A stretch of 56,461 nucleotides of DNA, the filler included, from Sphacelaria rigidula (Eukaryota): NCBI GenBank assembly GCA_964200075.2. It is 7 parts of 7 records of this genome, joined end to end, with 100 filler letters (N's around TTAATTAATTAA, not from the genome) between each part and the next. Parts side by side here need not be neighbours in the genome. Positions count along the whole stretch, not along the records: positions 16,163 to 24,143 come from CAXNAA020012753.1; positions 24,244 to 32,223 come from CAXNAA020012754.1; positions 32,324 to 40,303 come from CAXNAA020012755.1; 4 more parts are not named here. One strand, written 5' to 3'. A model generated the notes under the pieces. The model was given only the letters and a program-made list of their open reading frames with translations, was not told the origin of the DNA and did not search any database. The translations under genes were made by a program, and so were the position numbers. Shown in pieces: positions 23,089 to 35,900 of the stretch. Position 1 is the stretch's first letter, and each line of letters starts with the position of its first letter.

Positions 23089-24143
23089 CTGGTCGGCGGC
23101 GGAAGGAACCCAAAACGAGTCCGCGGTAGAAGCAAGGCACATGAAAGCAACGAGGAGGAGGAAGTGCGACAGCAGAACAGCACAAAACACGAGAGGGCGA
23201 CATGACGTCACCATCCTTCGGTTGACGCACATGCGGGCAAGTAGTCTCACGACGTGTGAGATGTCAAGAGGTATCACAACGTGAATCTATCAATCTTCCT
23301 GAGACATGACGGTAACCGCCTTCCGCGATATTCTGTTCAATTTCTTCTTGCAGCGGTGATAACCCCCATCCTTCCCAGAGCCATTTTGATCTTCAAGATC
23401 GCTCTGCCATATGATGGGGATACAACCGTAACAGAATGCCAGAGGCGGAAAACATTTTTTTTTTTCTTTCTGTGCACGTGTTCAGTGTATGAGGGTGATC
23501 GGGCCAACCATCTCCGCAGAATACACAGTATGTTCAGTTTAGCAGAGATTCGGTGCCGCGGTTTTGACCCTCTCAACCTTTGTTAGTCTTCTTTTCATCA
23601 CATTAGGTTGTAATGATGGGCATGTCGTTGGTCAGTATGGTCGCGGTTGTGCTCGCAACTCGACCGGTGTGTGTCCTAGCGAACCTGCGATCCCCGAAGC
23701 CAGCACAAGACGGGATGCAGCTCTGCGTCGATACCGTTGAAGGAGGACGAAAGATGCACTCTTCCTTGACCAACGATTGAGAAGAAGTAATGCTTGCTAG
23801 GGATGGATGGTCACCACATGACGACGCGACATTGCAATCTGCGTCTACGGTCTTCCTTTCTCTTATATTATTATTTTTTTCTCGACTGATCTTCTGTAGT
23901 CTCCTTCCTTGAACCCATGCGGCAGGGGACGATCATCCTACTTATCGTCTCCTTAAAGCGGAACAGGAACTAGACCTCGTTTTGGCTTCAATTTTTCTTC
24001 TCTTCCCTCCCTATTCTTCCTCTTATTTTCACCTTGTGTGTGTGTGTGCCTAGGCGCGTCTCGTTTCTCCTTCTCTCAGTTTACTCCGCTTTCATTCCCT
24101 CTTCCATCTCCCCCCCCTTCCCCCCCCCCCCCCTCCCCCCCCC

Positions 24144-24243
24144 NNNNNNNNNNNNNNNNNNNNNNNNNNNNNNNNNNNNNNNNNNNNTTAATTAATTAAN
24201 NNNNNNNNNNNNNNNNNNNNNNNNNNNNNNNNNNNNNNNNNNN
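24144..24243. other. Artificial contig-joining spacer
   Basis: N44-TTAATTAATTAA-N44. Confidence 0.97.
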
Positions 24244-24389
24244 CCCAGGTATACGCAGCACAGACACGTGGAATGGCGCAAAAGTTGCGTGGGCCCCCCC
24301 TTGGACCAGCGTTCAACTTTTTTCTCCCTTTCGGGCAATCAGGCGGAAGAAATCGTGAATTTGGGGATTTTGAGTCGTGGCGATTCGTC

Positions 24390-27295
24390 CTAACCGTGAA
24401 CTACTGCCATATCGCCAAACACGTATCCAAAGTAAGCGGCACGGGCTGGGTCCACCAACACTCGGCGAAATGCCTCTTTGACATCAAGTTTACTCAGCAC
24501 AATGCGGGCTGAGGGGACAAATTTCTTCCGCAAGAACAAAATCCACACCAGAACTGTACGCAGCACCCCATCAATGTCATACGGCGGTGCCTGCAAAATT
24601 TGGTGTCCGCATTAACACTGGTATGCGGCGTTCGACCAGGGGGGAAAGTGAGATCATTTATGATACGAAATTTACTGTGCACCACCACCCCAAGCGGGGA
24701 AACACGAAATAATTTCATGTCGAAGATCCGTCTCACGTCGAATACCAGTGCGCGACCGCTCACGATATCCAGGCGCAGCTTTCATATATATGGTCCTGGT
24801 GATCATCCACCCAACTATGATCCCCGTCGTTAATCGCATTGACCAAATCTCCCCCGGGTTGGGCATCAATGGGTACGCCCCGTTCTAGCACATTTATCGA
24901 CAGAGTAATATGGGGGAAACCCTTGAAGTCACCAAACCATTAACAAACGCGTTAAACGTCTCCTTGCGATTCGAATGAGTCTCGCCGTACTCCGTGAACG
25001 AAAGCCTCAACATCGCCGTCACACGCGTGCAACATGGCTGAGCCTACGTCCGCAATGTGGGTAAGGTGCGCGACCGCCTGCGTCCCAGTCAGGTTACGTA
25101 CCTGCTTTACCGAATCTCTCCACCACTTCCTGCAGCGTCGAAAATTAGCATCATCACACACGTCCAACGTACCAGAATCACAGCGCGCCATGGAACCTGG
25201 CACCATCACGTCACTATCGCATCCCCCTTGCTGCCGTCCCAGAGCGCAGCGTGCCAAACCTCTGAGAATCTCCCCCGCCGTTGTTGCCACCATCCGCAAT
25301 CCGTGCTCGCGGCCTCGACGCCTGCGTGGTCTGGGACCGGCTGCTACCGCCGGTAACGGGATCAGGGACCCCGGTGTCGGGGGTGCGATTCCTACTTGAT
25401 CGGCCGGCACCACTGCCGCTATTACCGGTGGAGGCGCTCGAGTTGCCACCCCCTCCCGTTTGTTGCACATCGTGACTTAAGCTGCATCTGCCATCCCACC
25501 GACAGTGACCGTAGCCGAGGAGAACGAAGCACGGCTGGATTCGCCGCAGTCGCTTGGCGGCCGAGTGCCCGCCGTCTCCGGCTGCGGTGCCCTACTTCCC
25601 TGCACCCCGGTTGCCGGTGCCCGAGCCACTCCCCACCCCACCCCCAGCGGTGGTGCTTTCCGTCCCCATCCCTACTGATGCGTCAACGTACCTTGCTCTC
25701 ACCGTTCTCACAGCGTCGCCCCCGGTCTCGATGAACGAGCGTATCTGAGGAAAGGCAGGAACAAGCGGAGGAGAACGCCGGCCGACGGTGGCGGAGAGCG
25801 ATTCTTCGCAAACATTTGCTGCGACCACTGTGCCAGGGCATCAGACCACTTGCCAAGATCAGAGTTGATGATGTGGGTCGTGGTATTGGTACATGCGCAC
25901 TGTGTCATCGTCGCGAAGTTGGTGTTGGTGTACCGCCGAAACTCGAAGGTCATCTTCGCAAAAGCCGCCGGAAGCGCCTCCGCCCGGCCGGCACACACAA
26001 AATCCTCTGCACTAGATGGCGCTCCCAGACCGACACTCAGCAAGCACCCGAAGGCGTCACCCATCAGACTGAACCGATCCAGCAGGGATATCTTGTCGCT
26101 CGAACTGAAACCCGCAGTGCCGCGCGGCATGATGGCTGCAACTTCGAGTAAGGAGAGCATGCGGAATATGTTCGTCACCTTCGAAGAGACATGTATCACG
26201 GCACCAAGGACCCCCTGCAGCTCACCTGCACTGAATGATTGTGCTGGCGGTTGCCGGTGAGGAGCCACCACTTGCGTGACGCGACGCCCTGCCAAAGCTG
26301 CACACGATCCCGCACCTCGTACTTTCGGCGTTGCTCCACCTCAGCCTAAGCTGCAGCCTGACTAGCCGCTGGCTGCTGGGCACCCATGGCTGCACGTTTG
26401 CTCACGCCCCGCCTCCACCCACGGATCCCGAACCGGCAGGGTTTGCGGTCTGCAGGTCGGTGTTGTCCCATCAAGCAGCGTGGGGCGTGGGTTGTGTTGT
26501 CGTTGCACCGAGGTGGAAGCTGCGTGATCCCCAGCCAGCCTCTGCCAATTACCCACGCGGCTCAGCGCGTACCCCTGGCGTACTTGGCCACAACACCGCT
26601 GGAGGGGTCGGTGACAGCAGGCAAACATTACCACAGACGGTAGTGAGCGGCCGAGCCGCATCTGTGACAGAACCTCTGACCGCCGTGTGGGAAAAGTTAC
26701 CGTCTTAGGGGTGGCTGATGGATACTGCAGAGGAATCAGCGCCTGATGATGCAGGTCCCGCCCCTGATGTAACAAGCTGTTGTATCACCTCCTTCAACTG
26801 ACGAACCTCGTCTGTAGTCGAGGTGATCTTGGACACCAAACCCTCCACGTTTGTCTTGGTGCAATCAGGTTGTTTGCGATGATATCGACGCGGTCGCTGA
26901 CGCGGCCCATCATTTCGGTGAGGTCGACCACCTGATCGTCCGACGTATCAATCTGTTGGATGATTGTTGCATGCGGTGAGCCTACCGCCATCCCACCGTC
27001 GAGGGCGAGCCACCCCGACGACGTAGGATCGTCACTGTGTGTAGCCTCTCTGGTGGCAGACCTGGTAAAATACACCCTCGGCCGAAAGGGAGGCGCAGAA
27101 GCGGGCGCCGCGGCCCTTTATTTACCATCGCCGTCCGTCCCTGCTGAAGCTCCTCCTGACGACGGCATGTCGGTCAGAGTCGTGAAGTAGCTGCAAATGA
27201 GAACCTTCACAAAACTCTCAGGACGCACGAGCTACGGCAGCGATTCGAGATGCTTTTACTCGCTTATAGTCGCGACGCCCGTATCCCATAACTCT
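24390..27295 (-). mobile_element. Decayed DIRS/Ngaro-like retrotransposon (gag-like ORF plus RT N-terminal half)
   Basis: RT motifs VSPLGVV..KFRIINDLTF..SVNADT and ARIVLSKLDVKEAFRRV.VD..YFGYVFG at 24390-24760; upstream gag-like ORF pieces with a C-x8-C-x5-C-x3-H finger at 25472-25531; frameshifted and cut off at ~24390. Confidence 0.8.
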
Positions 27296-29554
27296 TACAC
27301 CTCGAGCTTTCTCCACACCCCACTACTATCGCTTGTCGTGCTTGCACTTGCCCTTGTATCTTGGTTGCTTCCTACACACTGAGACTCCCAACTGATTCAC
27401 CCACACGGTCAGAACACATCTTTCCCGAAATGGTTTCAAGATACTCCAACCGCAATTTCCTATCTGGGAAAATTCTTCCCGCTTCTGCACTAAAGCTCGA
27501 TTCTTTTCACACACAGAATCGGACCTTTTTAGCAGCAAATCGTGCGTCAGCAGTTTGGTCTGCACTTCATGGCGATAAACGTAGGTCAGGTTAATTCGAG
27601 AAACTGATAAGGTAATCGTATGCTGGAGGAGTGTGAGCTTTCAGACTGACCCAGCTCTTACTGTTCAGCAGAGCACGGAATCATATCCGATACTTGAAAC
27701 AAAGGGCAAATTATGTCCTCCACCTATGCGTGGTTATACTGTCTTTCTGCGGACACTGTGGCTGAGGCGAAGAGGTCAAGTCGGCCACTCCTGTTTGTCT
27801 TTTTTCGTGATCCTCGAGCGTTGACCTGCGAAGCAACGAACCAAACGTTATGCCTGGGAAAGGCCCTGTCTTATCCAGGCAAGAAATTGGGAATGCGATT
27901 GGGACAATTAGAACAGTTGTGACGGTTCGCGTTTTTTTTTCCTCATCCTTCTGATCGGTTGAGGGCTGATGCTCGGTTGAGGGCTGATGCTCTCAAACAT
28001 CATCCTCGAGATCATTCTCCAAGAAAATAATCATTTTAAAGTTAATTTCGTGAGAAGAAAGGAGCAATCCGTTGAGATTGAGAAATGGAACGTAAAATGG
28101 TTGCCACTCGATTCCCCTTCCTTCCCCCCAACGTCGAAACAAGAAACCACTGATCAGTCTCAAATGCTGGGGATCCCCCCAGAAGAGTTAACCGGAGTTG
28201 AGCTACAATCTGCCCCATGGTTGATGTTACTTGATTTGAGTGTGAACAACGAGAATCGGATCTTTATTGGCGCTTGACAGTCGTGTGTGCTCATAGCGTC
28301 GGCAGGACGTGTTTTGTCCAAATCGGCGCCACAGGCGGCGATTTCAGGCCTACCAACGCCACGCTTTGCCTCAGGAACCCTGCGCCTGCTTTGCCCGAGG
28401 TTTCTCGGTATGCCTTGGGTTGGGGTTAGGGTTAGCGATAGTTGTAAAATGTGTCAACTATGAATGGAATGTAGCCCAACCTAACCCACCTCAATCCCCC
28501 AGACCGTCGCCCCGTCGTCCTCCCAGCCCAAACCTTTAAGTATACTGCGTCTTTTGTTCGCCTACTGAGTACCATACTGCATGCTCCATGATTCATGCGT
28601 GGTGTCTTTTTCCCGAAATGCCCCACTACCGCGGGGTGCATGGGCGGGGACCTCAGGAACACAGCCCCACCAGCGCCCGTGCAGCAAGCACTCTTGGCGC
28701 TTATCCTGAACTTGGCACGCCTTCGCATTCAGATACTTTGCACCCCGATAACCGGCCTGGACAGCACGAAAGGTGTCACGTCCGTGGATATGCATGGTGC
28801 CGTCGAGTACGCAGAGAAGAGGGCGGCGGAAGGGATGGGGGGGTGTCGGTGCGGGGCTTACGAGTCATTCTCTCGGCGACGAGGGAAGACTCGACTTCGT
28901 CGACTCGTCCGCATCACAGGACACATGCCCGGTTGGCGTTGTCTCCGGCATGTTTCGAAGACACATGATCAACGACTGCGGCAATAGCTACCGCGTTCAA
29001 GTCGACGCATACATACAAGTAATTACGTACGTACCACTATGATGAATCACATGTCTCAAAATGGGGTGTCCCCTCCGTTCCTCTCGGATCTCGTTCCTGG
29101 CCTAGAATGTGCCGTAGGAAACGTCCATACACACGTGATTGGCTTGAGGCACTTCTCGGCTGTTTGACGAGCAGCTCGCCATCCCCCCGCCAAAAGCCAT
29201 TTCCCCCGCTTTCCGGAAACCAAATGGACACGACACTGCGAGATATTGAAGTTGGCGTTTTTTCAGGGTCTAGTGCCCTCCTCACTTTAGTCTTCGGCGT
29301 TGCGTTGCATCTCGTTCGTCGGCGGTGCTCACCTATGGGCCGGTATCTTGATGCTGATGGATGATTTGTTTCGTCGTGATTGGACAGGCTACCAGCGAGC
29401 GAGCACCACTTGCAAGACAGGAGCGTATGCATCGCACGAAATTTGCCCAGCAGAAGCATGCATGCATTCGGCCTGCGCCTGAAAACCCGTCAGGAGTTCT
29501 CCGTCACTAATTTATTTTCAATGCTCAACATGTACGCGTTGTATGGAAGATGTC

Positions 29555-29610
29555 GAGTCGAGGCAAAGTTTCCGGGTTCGAATCCCGACATGAGTTTTTG
29601 TTTCTTTCCT
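29555..29610 (+). mobile_element. SINE-like Pol III B-box remnant
   Basis: gggttcgaatcccg followed by a T-run; A box not recognisable. Confidence 0.4.
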
Positions 29611-30971
29611 GAATTCTGTCCTCTCAATGCACGAGAACGTGAGCCGTCCGTGATTAATCGAATCGATGGTTGCCGACGGGCAGGGTGAGGAGTGGATCCA
29701 GTGCTCGATGGTATTATACCGCGGGTCATGTGCTGTACCATATCGAATATCGAAGGAAATAGATGAATAATATCTTGATGCCACCAATTCGTCCCGAGGA
29801 GGGACCATGGAGACGCCATATTCATTCGTTGCTTGCCTCAGTCATTCAACCATCGACAACGCACCCCTTCCGAGATGGGGTAGGAGTTGAAGTGAGGGGC
29901 GTTATTTTTCATTCTTTTTTAAGCCCTTCAACATCCTCGGAGCCAATCCGTAATGTGTCGAGGTGCCAACCCATGACTCCCCAGGTACACACCTCGCATT
30001 TCGGTATCGGGAAATGGGCCAGCACTCCCACAGCACGTCCACTCTCGTTAGGTAAAGTCCATTTGCTGTTCACGTCCTCACGTTTTTCACAACACACGAG
30101 TAGGCGAGATGCGTGTCAGGAGAGATCCCAGTTTCACCTGATGAAACTCGAGCCGGCTTTTTTGCGACCTACGTGGTGCAGATTTTTACCATATTAGACC
30201 ATCGGGGCGTGGCGGCATTTGCGAGACTAACACATTCAAACATGTATTTGCCGACGATTTTTCACGCTACAAAATTCGACTCAATGGTCGACGAGGGAAA
30301 GGGACTGCTGAACCCCTCTTGCGATAAAAAAATAAAAGGCAAGCACCGCAGAAGGAAGGTGGAGAACTACAACAATCAAAAAAGAAAAATCTCCTGTGTT
30401 GGCCTTTCTCCTGTGTGACTCCGGCTGGTGCGCCACACCACATACCGAAAGGTGTAGACTGGCGTCCAGAATAACTGGGACAACACACAATACACACACG
30501 TACACACAGGCGTCAGGAGTGTCGTGCCGTGGTTGGCTGTCTAGATGTATCCCACGTGAACATTACACATCGGTGCGGTAGATAAACCCACATATACTAG
30601 CCTGATTTCATGTGTTGGGACCCGTGTACAGCACCGTTTCTCCCGGTACACCACATACGTGCTTATTTCAGGTGTGCTCTTCTCCCTGTGTAAGTCCATG
30701 ACGTAAATAAAGTAGTAGGCGCTATCGGAGGCCGACAGAGTGTGTCCCTCCAGGCACAGTGCAGCCTGTATGAAGCTGTTGAGTAAACTGCGAGTCTGCC
30801 AGGTCGGTCAAAGCTGCCGCGCACATCGCGAGTGCCTTCCGTTGTTAAATCATGGATCAGAAATATGGAGCAAGTGTACTGGTAAAAAACATGCAGCAAA
30901 AGCGAAACATGCAACGTACTGTACAGTACAGTACAGTACAGGGTAGTGCAGAGTGCATACACGGGTCACCA

Positions 30972-31045
30972 CCGCTGCCTAAGGCCATGCCGTGCGCGGC
31001 AATCGCGGCCGCTGTCTAAGACCATGCCATGCGCGGCAATCGCGG
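30972..31045. repeat. 37-bp tandem duplication
   Basis: ccgctgcctaaggccatgccgtgcgcggcaatcgcgg twice with few substitutions. Confidence 0.85.
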
Positions 31046-32223
31046 CGCGCACATGTGCGGGTACTGTCTACACACCCGCAGACGTAGCCCGTCACGAATG
31101 CTGAGACCCGCGACTCTTGCTGGACATACAAGAATAGAAGTGCAGACAGCATCACAGCGCGTTGTTTACGGTGGTTGAATCGAGTAATGGCGGGGCTTCT
31201 GTCGTCCCAGTCCGATATCTTAACCGTAGCGGTCGTTGGCATGAGTGTTATTTGCTACTGTTCTGTTGCACTGCGTGCAAGTGTATCTGTGGAAGTAGAA
31301 GCATGCAGTGGTTTCCTATTGCGTACGTCTCGTGGAATGATCCATCTCGTCGGCGTTCTAGTTAACGGCACACAGATGCATCAGAGCACGCAGACGGACA
31401 AGAAGGGCCTGGGTTTGGTTACAATAGTGATGCATCATCGATAGGCACGTATACCTCATCCACAAGACGTCCGACTCGGCTCATTAGCTTGCATGTCTCC
31501 CGCACAGCTCTAGCACTGACTTGACGCATGGGGCGAATTGATACGGGTATATCCCAGCACAGAAGGATGGCCTACACAACGTATGCTTTGGTCCTTGGCG
31601 TACCCGTGCTTGATGTAGACCCCAAATACTGTCTGTACCTGTAGGCAGCAAGTTTCCTTCAACGTGTTGAACTCGGAACGTGTATTAAAACAGATTAATA
31701 CTCGCCCCCCCCCCCCACACTCCCATTAAAGGTTGGCGTCGGTTGGCAACAGTGCTGTGAAACACTCCATCCATTGTGTAAGCTAGGCGACCAAGTTACC
31801 GTCTTGTGTTGCATTTTGTTTATAGTAACTATGATGGTGGTCCACTTAATTCATCTTGTGCAGGGTGGAGAATCCAAACTCCGAGCAAAGGCAATGATCG
31901 TAGTACGTAATGTTTGGTGAGACAACCATGAGGCAGTGCAACGTATGGCTGTCTCTAGAACCGGCGATACCAGGAAATGAAGCAAGCCGTTCCAGGCTGC
32001 CATCTACGTGCAAGAATATTCATGTGCTTGGGGCCGAAGAATCTTGACAGGATGTCGGACATCCCTCATGCGACTCGCCGAACACATCACGGCACTTCAC
32101 GCTGCGTGATCGCGAGCCTTGCCCGGCGAAAATCCGGCGTGACCCCCCGCCTGGTCCGGCGAGAACCCGGCGTGCTCCGTCCCGGCTTTGTAGGGGCGGA
32201 CCCCCGATGGGGTTGGCGTCGCT

Positions 32224-32323
32224 NNNNNNNNNNNNNNNNNNNNNNNNNNNNNNNNNNNNNNNNNNNNTTAATTAATTAANNNNNNNNNNNNNNNNNNNNN
32301 NNNNNNNNNNNNNNNNNNNNNNN
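32224..32323. other. Artificial contig-joining spacer
   Basis: N44-TTAATTAATTAA-N44. Confidence 0.97.
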
Positions 32324-32390
32324 GCCTACGTCTGTGACCACGGGTTCGCGAGATTGGACTAATGTGCGGAAATAATAGTAATAATAATAA
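32324..32390 (+). mobile_element. Probable 3' tail of a SINE/LINE ending in (TAA)n, abutting the Gypsy remnant
   Basis: gagattggactaatgtgcgg followed by aataatagtaataataataa at the contig start. Confidence 0.45.
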
Positions 32391-32399
32391 CTGCCTAGT

Positions 32400-35300
32400 A
32401 TAGAAGCGCGAGCTGTAGTCATCAGCCCATCGATGCCAAGTGCCGAGTTGTTGTTCAGTGAGAGTGGTGGGTATATTTCGCTATGACTGTTTCTACGAAT
32501 GAAATATACAATGTCTTCGGTAGGATCCGTGATGCGTCCCAAGGCGGAGCTGTCGATGGGTTGGGCCGGGATGGGCAAGGGGAACAGAAAATCAGCGTTG
32601 GCGTTTTGAGGTCCTGTTCGATATTTCAGCGTGAAGTTGTAAGGAGACAGGATTTCAAACCAGCGTTGAACCTGGGCGTTGTGTTCCGCCATTTTGGCGA
32701 GTTTTTCCAAAGACTTATGACCTGTATAAATGGCGAACGGAATGTTATACAGGTACTGACGGAGAAGTCCCACCCCCGAAACAATCGCACCGGTCTCTTG
32801 CTCTATGACCGACAGTTTTGTTCGTTTGAGTACGTGGTTCGACTCAAATATACAATGAGGCGAACATTAGCATCTGGTTGTTCCTGTTCCAACGTGCAGC
32901 CAAATCCAATTTTTGGAGGAATGCGGTCGGAACGGATGTGAACCATTTTCAGCGGTCGACCTGTCCGGGAAACCAAGATTGGTGGTCGTGAAAATGTGTC
33001 AAGCAGTTGACGTACCGTTCTCTCCATTTCCGACGTATAAATGGAAGTTTCACTCCTTGTTTTAAAAAGGGGGGTGAGAGGTTTGAGGACTTGCGCTAGG
33101 TTCGGCAAATACTCTTGGAAGTAGCTCAAAGCGCCGAGCAAGAAGCGCAGTTGAGATGTATCCCGTGGCATGGGCACATACGTAAGTGCGGCAACCTTGT
33201 TGAGGTTTGGACTACGACCTTCAGGAGTGATACAGTGGCCGAGAATTCAATGCTAGTTGCTCCAACGGGGGATTTGGACGGACCAAGTTTCAAGGTGTGC
33301 TGTTCGAAGCGAACGAAGAAAGACGCCAAGTGCTCGGCATGTTCGGAAGCGTGCTACCGTGTACTGCCGCATCGTCGGGGTACCCATGGCACTGGGGAAA
33401 TTCATCACTCACACAAAATATCACACGTTAAAACGCCCCGGGGGCGCCGTCGGCACCTTCTGGTGTTACCAGCCATTCGTAAGCCTGGCGGTGTACAACA
33501 CGCCGTCAGTTCTTTGGATTGCGGGTCCATCACAAGTTGGTGGTAAGCTGAAGCCCTTTTTTTCGTTGTGAAGGGAGGCATCATCCATAATTGCAGGTTC
33601 ACTGAATAGATCCAACCCAAATTCTGGCAAGAAATCTGTGGACAGACCGTGCTTGTGGTTGTGGGCGGCTGCGCTGAAATATACACGCTGATGATCCTTC
33701 GGAACGAGATTTCTGCCCGAAGGTGGGTTCGTTCACGGAGTGTCTTTTGCAGTTATTGGGGAATCTGTCGAGTGTTGAATTTCGTATACTGTAAGGGATG
33801 GATGATGCCTGGGAAGGGCAGTTGTCGTGGCTGGCCGCGAAAACTATTGCGTTTGGTTTGAGATACCTTGGTCGACCTCAACAAACGGCAAAGCGTCAGT
33901 TTGCGAAGCTGGCGAGGTTACAGCATCCAGTACGGGCAAACGAGGGGACGTTTCGGCGAAGGGTGAAGGCGATTCACTACCCATGTTAGTTTGGGACAAT
34001 GTTGGTAAAATAGGGGACGAGCGGTCAAGCGTGGATGGTTCGTTGGTCACTACGCTATGTTTTCCTTGTGATGAAGACTCAGACGGCGGATTTCCATGAC
34101 AAGGAGGCGAACGCCCAATTGGCAGCGAGGTATCTAACCAAAGAAATGGCAACGCTTTTTTCAGCGGTGGGTTCTAACATAGTGCGTGAGAGGTCGGCAG
34201 GGAACAGTGTTGATCTGTTCGAAACCCAGGAAACATCGGCCTGGTCGACAGAATCGCCTTCATCCAATGAAATTCCCACCCGTTCACGACTTCGGTGGAC
34301 GGGTGCAACTGCGTCACCAGGGATATCTACAGGGTCATCCGGAGGAACCCGCCGATGGTGACGCGTATAGCGCACCAAAGGTTCGGCTGCTCCAGGGGCT
34401 ATTGGGAATTGATCAAGGACAGTCCGCCCTCGGCACGCTCGTGGCGCTCCACCGGCGCTGTGCTTGGGGTTCCTTCCCAACCCGCTGGGCGACGGAAAGC
34501 CGGGTTCGACACGGTTGCGCTCCGTGCTAAACAAATTACGCTCACCAAATGAAGGGGGACCGGGCACTGACGTCATTTCGTTCGTAGGTGTAACAGGGGT
34601 CGGCTTGGCACCTAAGCCTGCTTGGGGGCTGGTGTGCGGCCTTGATGTTATTATCCTACGATACACGGTCGCAGGGGTAGCAGCTACTGCACCAAAAAAG
34701 TGTTCCTGCTTCGGTGGCGGGACGTGCTATACTACATGACTGCCGATCCCGCGAGGAGAATGGATCCAAGTGGCTATGATTCATACCACTTGGAGGTAAA
34801 ACTAGGTGATCAGCTCTAGAATTGAAACACTAGGGTAGGTCATTGCGCAGGTGAGAGTCATGCGAAGATGCACGGAATTCTGCTGCGATGGAATCCATCA
34901 TAACAGTCTGATCGAGCCCAGTGTACCCGCACCACGAACCTGAACCTATGCCGGCCGACATTGATTCAGTTCTGTGATATGTATCTACTGGCCGAGCGGA
35001 AGAAAAGGGGGGGGCATTTCCGCGGCGTATTGCCGTCAATTGTTAGTTCCCGATCGTGGACCTGTGGCAGACGATGAGGAATGAACGCGAAGAAGTGTAT
35101 TCAAAACGGGCAGAGAACGACGTCCTAATTTTGAGACAGTGGTACACTCTGGATCGCCCCACTGTATGCTTAGTTGAAACGCGCGGTTTGGTGATTTCCA
35201 AAACATCGTTAAATGGCGCATGGAGCATCAGTGGAGGGGCAGAAATCAACCTGGCGGGGCTCAACCGTTGTGCGAGATTCAATCACAAGGGGGCGCCTGT

Positions 35301-35900
35301 CATCTTATGATTGACCCTGTGCATACGGGTGAAACGCGCCAGAATGAGATGTGGGTAGGCTTGGGCCGGAAGCCTTTGCGCCCGAGCCTAAAAATACGAC
35401 TGATTGCACTGTGGGTTGAGATTGCTGTGATCACTACCGCAGTTTCTAGATCAAATCGAGCGTTGTTGTTTGAACCGCATGAGTCGCGATATTGATGGCG
35501 ACGGTTTGGACGCATAGGCCCGTATGGTGAGGATTTGGTCTAAAAAGATAAGTTGAGCATACCGAACGCGTTTGTCAAAGCGTTCTCACCGGCGCGCATC
35601 AAATATATGGGTACGCCATCGGTTGCGGTACACCTACTATTATAGTATGTTCATGAAACCAAATGCCACAACATTGACATGTATCCTTACAGGGGCGGAT
35701 CAAGTCAGTTTGAAGGAGGGGGTCGACACAACGGTTTCACATCGGTGTTTTCGATAAGGTCCGTGGACGTGCTGATTTGATGCGCTTATCGCCAAAGTGT
35801 TTATGCGAAAAGCCAAGGAGAGAATCGACTGGTAGTCACGACGAGGGTTGGTACCGTCGCTGAAAACATCACCTAGCCGACTGACGTTTTCCATGTATGA
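32400..35900 (-). mobile_element. Decayed Ty3/Gypsy retrotransposon (RT-RNase H clear, upstream part poorly resolved)
   Basis: RNase H RQYLYNIPFAIYTGHKSL..VQRWFEILSPYNFTLKYRTGPQNANADFL; RT LRFLLGALSYF..YLPNLA..LKPLTPL and TACCTPPGL; YPDD in place of YxDD near 33375; many frameshifts; upstream boundary uncertain. Confidence 0.85.
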
